Shown here: in pieces, positions 26,564 to 39,031 of the stretch
Numbering within the stretch: the first letter of the stretch is position 1
Layout: every line of letters starts with the position of its first letter
Assembly: GCA_964016885.1 (NCBI GenBank)
Contig: OZ024744.1
Location: forward strand, 62,558,001 to 62,622,000
Origin: Eledone cirrhosa
Taxonomy: Eukaryota
Reading direction: 5' to 3'
DNA: 64,000 nt
Translations under genes and position numbers: made by a program
The notes under the pieces: model-generated
Database searches by the model: none
The model's input: only the letters and a program-made list of their open reading frames with translations
What the model was told of the DNA's origin: nothing

Positions 26564-28244
26564 CTGTGGAGAAAGCAAACATTTTCGGTTTACATTAATA
26601 CAGAAGTTTGTTCTATAAAGCAGAAAAATATGTCCAAATAAGAAAATATAACTTTTAAGATAGGTTTTTTTTTGTGCATTTTTGTTGGAATTCCCTTTTT
26701 GTTTTCTTTTTAGTATACATTCATGTTGCGTGATAAGATTTAATCAGACGATGGTTCATTCATCAGCTGTTGGTATGGCTGGTAGTGGTGTAATTGCTTT
26801 ACTGTGTAGAAAGTGGTTTCATCCAAGGATGTGTTGCTTGTTTACCGCCTCTCTCTCTCTCTCTCTCACATATATATATATGTTTTTTGGGGGGCGGGAC
26901 ACCCTGTGTATGTATGTATATATTATATATATATATAGAGAGGGGGGGGGGGTAATGTATATAAATATATACATTATATACATATATAAACATAAATACA
27001 CACATACACAAGTGAGAGAGAAAGTGTGTGTGTGTGTGTCTGTTTAGCATTCCTGGTAATTTACTTGTTGATCTTTATGGTTTGGCAGTTTGCTTGTTGT
27101 ACTGCCAAAGGTGACCTTGTTGCTAGTCTTGTTCTCATGAGTTCCAACACTGTACCACAACTTATCACTATTCAATTCTATATTATTTGCAATGAGTCAC
27201 TTCATGGTCACATCACAAACATAAAGGCAGAATGTCTCACCATTGTAAACAGCATTGCCATTACTAAGTTCATAGGAGTTTTATTGATACCATGCTAGTA
27301 TGAAAAATGATTTAAAACCAACAATGAGGAGGAGGAGGAGGAGAATAATATAAATATATAAAGAGATATAAAAACATTTTTTAATGTTCTTGGAATTTTG
27401 ATTCTAATCTTATACACTGATATGTTTACTAATAAAAGTTCATTGAACAATATATATATATTTGAAGAAACATTTCAAAACTAGATGTACCATTACCCAC
27501 TGTCTCTTTGAAAGTAAAGTTAAATGATTTTAAAGAGACATCATTTCAATACTGGACACACTGTATTCTAATGTTTTGTTTGAAAATAGAGTGAAGTGAT
27601 TAAAGTACCAAGCACAACTGGCTCCAACTGACAATACCCAAAACAGGCCTCTTTTCTGAGTTACACACCACACCTTTACTTTGAAACAGTGGGTTGGTTT
27701 TCTGCCTGTGTAGAAAAGGGAAGACGGATGAAGCATAAGCATAGCAATCTTACATCCATTAATCAAAATTGCTGCAGAAACAACAAACAGATACCTGGCC
27801 CAGGAGCAGGCTTGTGTGGAATGAAAATCCCTATTCGTTTAATGTTCCATAAGAACTAAATAATGTGTGTGTGCGTAAAAATAAAACTGACCATGAGTTT
27901 ACACCTGCGATGTTCTTCTCCAAGGTGCGAGACCGGGGATTTGTTTTGTGGAAGACCAGCAGCCACCTGTGCATGCCAGTCTTTTCAGCTACTTGCCGCC
28001 AACATTATCAAAGAGAAAGGCAAAAGCAAACAACTTGGCACCAGTGATGCTACAACTAATGGTAGCTAAGTTAACTGGAAAAATATGAAATAGTGTTGCT
28101 CATGGACACAATGCACCAATTTGTCCACAAATTGAACACATGACCTTACAAGTGAGCTAAGCACCCTAACCATTAAGCCATATGCCTTCAGTACTATGAT
28201 ATGTGTGGTAAAGACCCCCTTCAACTAGGAATGGCCATGGGATT

Positions 28245-28543
28245 TGCACCTAGAAAGTTCCTCCCTAAGGCACAAGTCCGGGCAAGGTTGTTTGTGGAAG
28301 ACCAACAGTCTCCCATACATACCAGTCTCCCCTCTACACATCACCGATATTATCCAAGGGAAAGGCAAAGACCAATACAGCTTGGGACCAGTGACGTCGC
28401 AACTCATTTCTACAGCTGAGTAAACTGGAACATGAAATAAAGTGTCTTGCTCAAAAACACAACGCAAAGCTCAGTCTGAGAATCAAACTCACAACCTTCC
28501 GATTGTAAGCCCGACGAGCTAACCACTAAGCCATGTGCCTTCA
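28245..28543 (-). mobile_element. tRNA-derived CORE-like SINE, family B; other copies at ~27900-28190, 40440-40730, 8900-9020, 35420-35550
   Basis: A box TGGCTTAGTGG, B-box-like GAGTTTGATTC, CORE-like TTGAGCAAGACACTTT...CAGCTGTAGAAATG. Confidence 0.75.
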
Positions 28544-28845
28544 CAATCATCTGAATATAATGTTTGTAGTGATGGTCATAAATGTCTGGTTTTTTTAATA
28601 GATCTTTGTGGTAAAAAAAGAATATGCAACCAGAAATTTAGGTTAAGTGCAAACATTTATTTTTATATTATAAGTGAGCTACAGTTAAAAACTACTTAGG
28701 TTGACTCACTTTGAGACACTATGACAGGCAAAACAAATCATATCTTGGAACAGATGTGTTGTTGTGTTTTTTTTTGGGGGGGGGGGGGGGGGGGGGTTAT
28801 GATGATGGTCAAAATGAGAAACCTGTGAAGGTGTATGGCTGAGGG

Positions 28846-29011
28846 CAGTGGTTCCCAAAGTGGGTTCCGCAAAGGAGTGTCTGGAGTTCCATGAAAAAAG
28901 TAGAGGAGTATATTTATATTACAACCATGTAACAGCATTAGACTTTGGGGTTCCCCCAAAAGTTTCTGAACCAAAAAGGGTTCCACATTTGAAAAAGTTT
29001 GGGAAACCATG
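28846..29011. mobile_element. hAT (Charlie-type) MITE
   Basis: Terminal inverted repeats CAGTGGTTCCCAAA...TTTGGGAAACCATG. Confidence 0.7.
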
Positions 29012-30009
29012 GCCAAATGGTTAGGATGTTAGACTCTCGCAATCATAATGTCATGGGTCCGATTTCTGGACCAAGTGATGAGTTGTTTTCTTGAGCAAGA
29101 AGCTTCATTTCACATTGCTTTTTTATTAAAACACTCTAGAAATCTCATAGGAAGCCAGCTTAACCTGCATAGGTGTACACAACTGTAAATTTCCTTTTTA
29201 TTACTACCTGAATATGAATGGCAAAGTGGATAATGTCCCAGACAAGGAGAGCATGTTAACCCTTTAGCATTTAAACCAGCCGTATCCAGCCAGAATGTTC
29301 TCACCTCTGTCTGTTGTAATTGGCTGTAACTGGCCGCTCACACTGATGTTCAAGTATTGTTCTCAAAATAAATAATATCAAAATCTCATAGATTCGATAT
29401 TATAGGAGAAAAAGCCTTTACCACAAAAATACAATAGTATAAATAGAGTAATGTAAATGCTAAAGGTTAAAGCTCTGGGCACTCCCCTTACTTCCAGATC
29501 TACCAAGTATATAAATATCCAACTGATTATATTAGATGTAAGCAGCCAGTCAGTAATTGACACTGTGTGGTAAACTTAAAACTAAAATACTTGATACTGA
29601 TGTAAATGGTTTCTAATCTAGTTAGCTGTGAATAGACAACACGTTACCCTGTCTCTGTTATAAGCAGCAACACCAGTAACATGGTTGAGCAATAGTCAGA
29701 TGACTTCAACAACTGCTGCACTCATTGTCATCGTTAATACTGCAGCACTGAATCAAACTTATTTTATGGTGGGTGCAGGCTGGAGTGAGAAGAATAGAGA
29801 ATAGTCTACAGACAAACTGATACGACCTAGATACACACACACGCATGCTTTTACTGTATACAATTATACAATTCCTTAATTCTGTGCATGTTTAGTGTGT
29901 ATCACACAAACCCATAAAATAAGAATATATCATCATCATCCCTTTTACATCCATTTTTCCATGGTTTGGACATGTATATTTAATCTACACACACACACAC
30001 TGTACTTAC

Positions 30010-30078
30010 AAGTATGTGAGTCCCATCTCTGTTCTTGCCTGCATATAGTATAGCAGCTGGAGTCAAACGGACAGATGG
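30010..30078 (-). CDS. BCKDK: BCKDK coding exon 2 (PSVRLTPAAILYAGKNRDGTHIL)
   Basis: Hand translation; tttttag| acceptor and |gtaagt donor; 69 bp, phase 0/0; matches the BCKDK PSVRLTP...SHLL segment. Too short for the ORF track. Confidence 0.95.
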
Positions 30079-30959
30079 CTAAAAATGAAAACAAAAAAAA
30101 TCAGTAAAATTAAAGAGCATATATAATTTGAAGGACTAAATACGCTACAATAACAACATTATGCTATGTACAAGTCTTCTTACTCCTTCATCAATTCAGT
30201 TGAGTGTGCAACAAACATGGCCGTGAAATTAAAAAGTTTACTCTGCAACCACATGGCTCTAGGTTGCAATCCAGCAGTGCAGTCCCTTGGACAAGTAGTA
30301 ATCTTTTACATCTACCATAGTGATAGGGTCAAACCAAAATATTTTCAGTAAAACTGGGTAGATGGAAACTGAAGAAGCCTGTTGAATAGACTATACCTAT
30401 TCTTGTGTTGATGACATAATCTGACGCCCACTTAAACTTTTTCATTACAATATATCTAAAAAAAGACAATGCCTATGATTTTCAAATATTTTGAAAACAA
30501 TCAAGAATTTAGAAGGATTTAGTCAATATATACTTTCTCATTACTAAGCTGGTGTTTCATACATAACAAATGTTCTTACATAAAATAATCACGATGAAAG
30601 GCTTTTAGATAAATATAAACACTTCAACACTTTCATTACCACATTTCTAAATGTTTGATCAATTGAATTAGCTTGAAATAACTAAGTATTCCATAAATAT
30701 GTGTTCCTTTAATGTAATTCCCAAACCAAAACAGCATGTAACAATATGTGACAAGGCTACACCTTTTAACTACAGGTACAATTTCCTGACAGGCTTTCAA
30801 ACAGTTTTTATTTATCTAATTCCACTCACAAGGCTTGGGTTGACCCAGATTTATGATAAAAGACATGCCATGCAGTAGGATTGAACCTAATGGTTATGAA
30901 CCTCTTAACCCAATAAAGAGTCCCATCCCACCCCCTACCCCATCCTTCCACTTCTGTCC

Positions 30960-31210
30960 ACTAGTGGTTGTGTTGGTGACACAACAAAATGTACCCAGTC
31001 CACACTGTAAAGTGGTTGTATAGGTGTCACAACGAAAAGCACCTAATCCACACTGTAAATGTGGTTGGTGTTAGCAAGGACATCCAGCCGCAGAAAACCT
31101 GCCAGAAACCTGTATGAGCAAGACACGGTCACCAGACCAATCTTGCCTCAAGTGGGACAAACCCGTCCAACCCATGCTAGCGTGTAAGATGGACGTTAAA
31201 CGATGATGAT
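30960..31210 (+). mobile_element. SINE or short element carrying the RTE 3' tail; relatives at ~23850-24112, 15690-16000, 16195-16370, 18670-18850, 45910-46130
   Basis: GGGCATCCAGCC.TAGAAA block, then CCAACCCATGCTAGC.TG...GGACGTTAAACGATGATGAT, as in the RTE tail. Confidence 0.75.
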
Positions 31211-32352
31211 CATATATAATCAAGTGTGGAAAAACAAACATAAAAACAAATTAAGATGACAGATAAAAGTTCTTAAATCATTTAATTATTTACAATTGTT
31301 TTCATTAATGTAATAAATAATATTTAGCATTAACAACAACAACAATAATAATAACAATGCTTTCAGATTTAGGCACAAGGCCAGCAATTTTGGGGAAGAG
31401 GAAAGTCGATTAAATCGACTCAAGTGTGAGACTGCTACATTATTTTATTGACCCCATACGGATGAAAGGCAAAATTAACATCAGCAGGATTTGAACTCAG
31501 AAGGTAAAGGACCGTAACTCTATGCCGCAAAGCATGTTGTCCAACACTCTACCAATACTGAAAATCTAATAAAAATAATACAAGCCTGAGGAAGAATGCT
31601 TTACACCTAATATGTATTTAAATAGGTATCTCATTGGAAGATTAAAAAATCAGTGTCAAGGAAAGATCCTTGAATGTGAGTACAGGGAGCAGAACATGCT
31701 ATAACAAATACATCTCAAAAAACAAAAAAAATGATTGGCGCTTTAAAGTCTTGCTAAATATAATAACATTTGTCAAGTCCACCAGTAGATTGATTTTCTT
31801 GGCTAAATTAATTCAAATACTGGCTGCAGTCTACTGAGTGAAACAAATAAAAAGTAAATTTTTGTCCATATCTCATGAATGTTCCATAGGAAATGTAGCT
31901 AATTCTTATTCTGTAGCCCTAAGTCAGTCCTGATTCCAGCACACCTGTGATCAAATCTGTATCAGCTATGAGACCATCTCATCTGTTAATCAGACATATA
32001 GTGTATCTTGGGTGACATTATTTAACCCTGGCAGTATCAGTAGAGAGTCGGACGCCATGCTTTCCAGCATAGTTACGTCCCTTTACGGTCTGAGTTCAAA
32101 TCCTGCCGAGGTTCACTTTGCCTTTCATCTTTACGGGGTCGATAATATAAAGTACCAGTAATGCACTGGGTAATTGCTGGCCTTGTGCCTAAAGTAGAAA
32201 CAATTATTTAACCCTTTAACATTTAGACCGGACATATCCGGCCAGAATTCTCTATCTTTCTGTTTGAACCAATTGTAACCAGCTACTCATACTGATATTA
32301 AGGTATTGTTCTCAAAATAAATAATATGAATGTCTTGTAGCTTTAACATTAT

Positions 32353-34228
32353 CATCATCATCATCTTACGTCCGCTTTTCCCTGCTTGCAAGGGTGGGAC
32401 GGGTCTTATTCAGCACAGCATCTCTCCACTCGTCACGGTCCCTCGTCATCTCCACCGTGAGCTTCAATGATCTGAGGTCTGTTCTCACCACCTCCGCCCA
32501 TGTTTTTCGTGGTCTACCTCTACCACGTCTTCCTTCAACTGGCATTTCCTGGCACTTCTTCACCCATCGGTCATCCTCCATGCGCATCACATGTCCATAC
32601 CACCTCAGTCTCCTCTCCCGTACACTACATTCTATCCCTCTCAGACACAGTTTCTCTCTCAACACATTTATGCTGGGTCGTTCACGCACATTTACACTGC
32701 ACATCCAACGGAGCATGCTTGCCTCATTTCTCTCCAGCCGTCGCATATCCTCTGCGGTTGCTGCCCATGTCTCACTACCATGCAGCATCGCGCTCCTCAC
32801 ACAGGCATCATACAACCGGCCTTTCATACGCAGGGAGAAACCCTTCTTCGTCAACAGAGGAAGCAGCTCCCTAAACTTCTTCCAACCCGTCCTTATTCTA
32901 GATACTATGGCCTCGGAACACCCTCCTCCCATGCTAATCTGATCTCCCAGGTACCGGAAGCTATCCACCACTTCTATAGCGCCCTCTCGCATTTGAAAAA
33001 TGTGTCTATCAGTGCGACTTCTACTGTCTAATTTCCCTGTACATCTACTGCATACATATTTCTCCCTACCTGTTAGTTTGCCTGCTATCCCGCTACATCT
33101 CTTGTGTACCCAGGACCTGCATTGTGTGCATTTTATAGAATTTATGCCAGTTCCTTTTCTGCATATCGAACATGGCCATTTCCCTGACGGAATCAGGGTT
33201 TTGTCCTCTTTTCTACTCATCAACACTTTTGTCTTAGCTAGATTTACTCTCAGTCCTCTTGCTTCCAACTGCTGTTTCCATAGCCGGAATTTATTCTCTA
33301 GCTCCTCTACTGATTCTGCTATAAGAGCCAGATCGTCAGCATAGAGAAGTTCCCATGGACAGCCAATCTTAAACTCCTCTGTTATGGCTTCGAGGACTAT
33401 AATGAACAAGAGCGGGCTGAGGACCGAACCCTGATGTACTCCTACTTGTATCTGGAATTCCTCACTAAACTCCATTCCTACCCTGACTTTACTGAGAGTA
33501 CCTCTGTACAAAGTTTGCACTGTCCGCACAAGCCATTCCTCAACACCTAGCTTCCTTAGGGACCACCAGATGACAGATCGGGGTACCCTATCAAAGGCCT
33601 TCTCTAGGTCAACAAAGGCTAAGTATAGTGGCTTATTCTTCTCTAAGAACCTCTCTTGCATTTGTCTCACCAAGAAGAGGGCATCTGTTGTACTCTTCCC
33701 AGGCACAAAACCAAACTGCATCTCATCTAGTTTGACCCTTTCTCTAATTAGTTGTGCTAAAATCCTTTCTGCCACTTTCATAACCTGATCTATCAGTTTT
33801 ATACCCCTATAATTGCTCCTCTCCAAAGCATCCCCTTTACCTTTGTAGCAATTTATGAGAATACTGCTGCACCAGTCTTTGGGTATGACACCACCATATA
33901 TAGCCTGATTGATGATGCGTGCAACCAGTTTAGTGCCTACGTCCCCTGATGCCTTCAGCATCTCAGCAACTATTCCCGATGGTCCGGCCGCCTTACCATT
34001 TTTCATTTCCCTAATCGCCTCTTGGACCCTATATTCGTCAATCTCAATAGCTGGTCCCTCTGTCGGATCTACCAAGGGTAATTTCTCTCTCTCCCATTCG
34101 TTCTCCACATTCATCAGTCTCTCATAATGACATTTCCAGGCCTCCTTTTTCTGGTCATTCGTGACACTAAGTACACCGGCATCATCCCGGACACATTTAT
34201 CACCAACAACATCCTGATTTGCATTGAC
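32353..34228 (-). mobile_element. Young 5'-truncated RTE-clade LINE with an uninterrupted RT frame, nested in a piggyBac MITE
   Basis: The 582-aa ORF stays open up to the truncation point; all RT motifs present (NYRGI, QFGF, DLEKAFD, QGSVLSP, YADD, YLG); ACATTAT duplication at 32346-32352 and 34229-34235; (GAT)n tail. Confidence 0.96.
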
Positions 34229-34539
34229 ACATTATGTGAGGTAAAATCTTTACCATGAAAATACAATAGTAATTATAGAGTAATGTAAATGTTAAAGGGT
34301 TAATCTGACCTTCCTGTTCCTAGCAAGTCAGTTAGCAGTTGTTAACCATTTTGTTACCATATTTCTAATGAAAGACACAGTCTATGATTTTCAAACAATT
34401 TTTTAAATAATTGAGAATTTGAAAGGATTTAGTAAAACAATTAACTTTTTATTAAAACAATTGACATTACTTATCTAGTGTCTGGGTCATGGCCTAAAAT
34501 ATGTTCTTAAAGAAAATTATGATAGAAGGTTTTTAGATA

Positions 34540-34864
34540 TACTGTATTTGACAGCTTATAAGACAGCACCTCAATTTAGGCAAACATTTGAAAAAAAAAT
34601 AATAAATGAGTTTAAACTACAAATGTCAGGTTAAGGGTATAACGTTTGTACATTGTACTTTTTTTATTATTATTCTACATCGTAATTCTGGTTGTAATAT
34701 TTTAGTACATTTTTAAAATATAAGGAATTGTTTGCAGTTTAATTTAAGGGTCACTGCAGCACTAAAACTCCTCTAGCCAGTAACCAAGACTGACCCTTGA
34801 CTTTATAAAACACGGTGATTTTCTGGAAAAAAAAAATGCGTCTTACAAGTTGTCAACTACAGCA
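34540..34864. mobile_element. Tc1/mariner-pogo type MITE
   Basis: Imperfect inverted repeats TACTGTATTTGACAGCTTATAAGAC / GTCTTACAAGTTGTCAACTACAGCA. Confidence 0.6.
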
Positions 34865-35872
34865 TATGAACACTTGGAAATAAACAATTTTGTATCATAG
34901 AACCAGGGGTGGTTTCATATAAAAAGTGTTAAACCAGTTTATGTGTTAAACAGTTTCAACTTATTAATTTTATTCAACACTTGAAAGATAAAATGACTTA
35001 TTTCACTAAATAGAATCAGTTTGACATTATGTGATCAGAGGTTTTTACATTAACAACAGATCAATAATATTTCAGAGAAAGTCTTGTATTTATTATTGCC
35101 ATCAGCTAAAAGATAAACTGAGGTAAACTAAAATGTTCTGTCTAGAAAAACAATGATTTGCCTGAAGTATATTTTGAACTGATTATCCCTGAATATATAA
35201 TCCAATGACCTATCCATTCAGACATATCGTCATAACATGTGACCTGTAAAGTTCATAAATAGCAGAATGTACAAAAGTTAAAGTCTATTCCAAACCCAAA
35301 AGTGGTTGTTAGCTAAATATTCAGAGCTTAACCCAGTTTTATGTGGCATTAAGTGATTGAGTGTACTTCACTTCCACCACATGGACAATATACCAGTCAA
35401 TCACAGAGTTAACCACCAGCTGCTATTTCAGCAACATAAGATAAAATGTCATGCTCCATGACACACTGCTGTGGTACCCAGTCTGGGAATAAAAACAAAA
35501 ACCTTATAATCATGAGTTCACTATCTCAATCACTAAGCCATGCACTTACAGTAAACTCTGCATACTTAACTGATTTGTAATATCCTTTCTAAAAAACAAC
35601 TTTAAAAAACAAAATGGGTGTTTATATATATGTGTGCGTGCAAATATAAGGTAAAATTGGTGTTATGAAGAACATCCAGCTGTGAAACCCATGCCAAAAG
35701 GGGTAGAGAGGATCTTCAGTCACATCAAAATAATAACAATCTCTCTAGTGCAGATGAATACAATAAAATACACTCAGTACACCCTATAAAGTGATTGGTT
35801 TAAGAAAGGCATCCAACCATAGAAATCATACCAAAAATGGAAGGTACGTAAGCAAGATATTGTCCTCTAATC

Positions 35873-36071
35873 CAGGCATGTCAAAAATGCAGCCCTTCAC
35901 AAGCACACCTGTGGCCCCCACAAAGGTTTTCACAACGCAAGCACATTTTATCTTTGTAATATAAAATTTTAAAAAATCAGTTGTAATGTGCGCAATTAAT
36001 TGTGTGTGGCCCTCAGATAACAGATATGTGACCCATGTGGCCCTCGAGTGACCCTCAGTTCGACATGCTTG
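35873..36071. mobile_element. hAT MITE inserted in an RTE-tail SINE
   Basis: Inverted repeats CAGGCATGTC / GACATGCTTG; 8-bp duplication CTCTAATC / CTCTAACC. Confidence 0.8.
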
Positions 36072-36755
36072 CTCTAACCCATCTAGGGCAGTATTGACAT
36101 TATCTGTATCAACCTGTCCAATCTGTGCCCGCATGGAAATTCAAACGTGCGATAATGCTGATAATTATACATTTAAAAGATACACAACTTAAACTTAAGA
36201 AGTTACAAACTTTTCTCCAACAATAAAAAATGTATTAGACCCTTTAGCATTTAAACTGACCATATCCAACCAGAATTCTCTCGCCTCTTTCTGTTCAAAC
36301 TAGCTGTAACCTGCTGCTCATACTTATGTTGAGGTATTGTTCTCAAAATAAATATCAAAATCTCACAGATTCAATATTATGTGAGATTAATTATGTAAGA
36401 TAAAGCCTTTACCACAAAAATACAATAGTATATATAGAGTAATGTAAATGCTAAAGGGTTAATCAGATTTTATATGTAGAGAGGACAGAGGTTGCATCAA
36501 TTTCCTGTAAATTCAGACATATTTGTTAAAGTATTTTCATGCAGCCATATGACCAATTAATGTACTATTGTAAAGAAAGAATGAAATAATAAAATGATTT
36601 TCATAAAAATTGTTTAGATTAGGGAACAGAATTCGTTTTTTTTCTTTCTTTTCCTAATATTATTAAAATGAAATATAATGCAAACATCTGTATTAGGAGC
36701 AAGAACATGGAGAGTAATAGATGAAGGGTGTATGTATATATATATATATATATAT

Positions 36756-39031
36756 AACGAAGGAAATATGGTAAGGAACCAGATGGACCATAACGCACCA
36801 AAGTACTTAATACTTAGGGTATTAGAGTGGGTAATAGGAACAAGTATGACTCCGACGGCAGAGCTCAAGCCGTTTCGACGGCTAATTCTGGACTAAATAA
36901 GAATTTTTAGCCTGGTAAATAAATAGCCGAACTTCTCAGGGGGTAATTCCTTATATGTGAAGATAGTAATTGTCAAAAGGATTGGTCAAAAATTTGTTGT
37001 AAAGACAACCCCAGTAGTACAGACCAGGTCCGTAAACAATTAATCAGCTTCTTCCGGGACTGGGGATTTAAAATAACCCTACAAACGCCCCTAACCCGAG
37101 TAAACTACCTGGACATTACCCTTAACCTCGATAATGATCTGTACTACCCATACAGGAAACCAAACGACAACCTGCACTACATCCACCGCCGGTCGAACCG
37201 TCCTAGAAACATCACCAATAACCTGGTTAAAAACATCTCCCTCCGCATATCTCGTTTGTCCGCTAATGAGCAGATATTGGACGAACATGCGCCTTATTAC
37301 AACCAGGCCCTCAAGCAGAGTGGCTTCCGGGAGGAAATATCCTATTATCCAGCTTCTATTAGCAGAACCAGCAGGTGACACCGCCGCTCACGCAAGGTAA
37401 CGTGGTTCAATCCTCCCCATAATGCCGAGGTGGCAACACCTATCGGGAAAATCTTCTTTAGACTCCTCGAAAAACACTTCCCACTAACACACCTCTACCG
37501 CAACATAATCACCATCAAACTCTTCTACAGCACCACACCTAACTACGCACAAAACATAGTCTCTTCTAACAACAAAAAACTCAACCCCTATGGAAGAAAT
37601 AACCTAGACATCAATGGAGAGCCGACCAGGAGGTGTAACTGCCCTGATAGATCTACATGCGCCCTCAACAACAAATGCCGAGAACGTAATGTGATCTACC
37701 AGTGCAACGTGAGGACGGACACCTCCAACAAAGCTTATATAGGATTAACCACTTGTGACTTCAAGACCCGGCTCTACCTACACCAACATGCTTTCCGAAA
37801 CCCGGCCCGGCGTCATGCCACTACACTTTCGGGCCACATCTGGGACCTCAAAGATAATAATATAACCTACAATCTCACTTGGAGCTTACTGTCCAGAGCT
37901 AACTCTTACACGGGAGGATGCCGTCCGTGTAACTTATGTTCAGAGGAAACATTACAAATGTTGTTTTCGAAGGACCAACTCCTAAACAAGAAAGACGAAC
38001 TGGTTAACTGCATGCAAACACAGATTGCGTAGGACTTACCTCGCCCTCTAACCCCATAATGACCCGGGGAGGGGAGGGGGGGACAAGGGCTGATACACCC
38101 CATTTGCCGATTTTGTAAGGAGTAACCCCTGCTTACAAAGGTAGACGTAACTTTTTTTTATCTTTTCCTCTATATTTCCCCCCCCCCCCCATCTCTTCCT
38201 AGTCCCTCCACCCCAGATCTCCTTCCTTGTCTTTTTTTTCACCTTTTCGCCTACCCCGATGCAGCCCATCAGTCCTCTCTATCCTCAGTACCCCCCCCCC
38301 CCTAATTTTAAGATAGAATTGGCCGATTACGCTTTTTATAGCAGATGTGTTAGACTCCGGTAAATTGTTTTCTTTCTGGTTGCTGCTCCATTTCCGTGAT
38401 TTCTAAATTTCTTAGTGGTACTTTTGTATTAGTATTAGTATTTTGAATTAATATTTTGTATTAGTATTTTTGTAGTAGTATTTTAGTACTTTTGTTCTCA
38501 ACTTATTGTAAGATAGCATTGGCTGATTACTAACTATCTATAGCAGTGGTGTTAGACCCCCTTTATAAAATTCTTTCACTACAATCTCGTATTTAGTATT
38601 TTTCTCCACCTATTAAACTTTTCTATAGCTTAGCAATACCAATGAGAGATTTGGTGATTGTGGAAATGGAGTAGTAACCAGAAATTGTTTTTTTTTTTTT
38701 TTTACTCCCCTTCTCCAGTACACTTTTTTTCGCCCTTCTATACACTATCTTTAGAATCTGCTGTATAGATTTCACTTTCAACGCTTGACTGGGTTTCCCC
38801 TACTCCCTCTTTGTTCTACTGGCAAGTTCAGCCACCCCTACCTCCCACCAAATGCCATAATAGAATCATCTGTCTTTACAACAAATTTTTGACCAATCCT
38901 TTTGACAATTACTATCTTTCTATATAAGGAATTACCCCTGAGAAGTTCGGTTATTTATTTAGCAAGCTAAAAATTCTTATTTAGACCAGAAACGACTTGA
39001 GCTCTGCCATCGGGGTCATACTTGTTCCTAT
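36756..39031 (+). mobile_element. Penelope-like element 1 (Naiad-like), 5'-truncated, with an inverted pseudo-LTR
   Basis: VNYLDITLNL...WFNPP...HFP..CNC....C...C..NVIY..YIG (GIY-YIG)...CNLC; inverted repeat 36834-37007 / 38871-39031; (TA)n on both sides. Confidence 0.92.
36848..36943 (-). ncRNA. Type I hammerhead with an atypical core in the PLE1 pseudo-LTR (partly deleted copy at 38936-39018, +)
   Basis: CTGAGAA..CGGCTA/TAGCCG stem II, GAAA, ACGGC/GCCGT stem III, GUC triplet. Confidence 0.65.

Noticed and set aside
25571-26578. The 335-aa ORF as a stand-alone gene
   Set aside because: Its start is a TTG in the exon 3 polypyrimidine tract. It is a composite of exon, intron and LINE, and is kept only as a readthrough hypothesis.
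27530-27766. ORF with LFYTGRKP as BCKDK exon 2
   Set aside because: The true exon 2 at 30010-30078 matches far better and has correct splice sites.
32394-34127. Plus-strand ORFs overlapping the RTE
   Set aside because: They are antisense shadows of the RT frame; the same applies to 25101-26297, 37091-37381 and 63186-63775.
37376-37378. In-frame TGA in Naiad-like PLE1 as selenocysteine (some Naiads encode selenoproteins)
   Set aside because: It lies in an Arg-rich linker (SRTSR*HRRSRK), best explained by CGA>TGA decay. The conserved Cys positions in PLE1 and PLE2 are TGY codons, and I recognised no SECIS.
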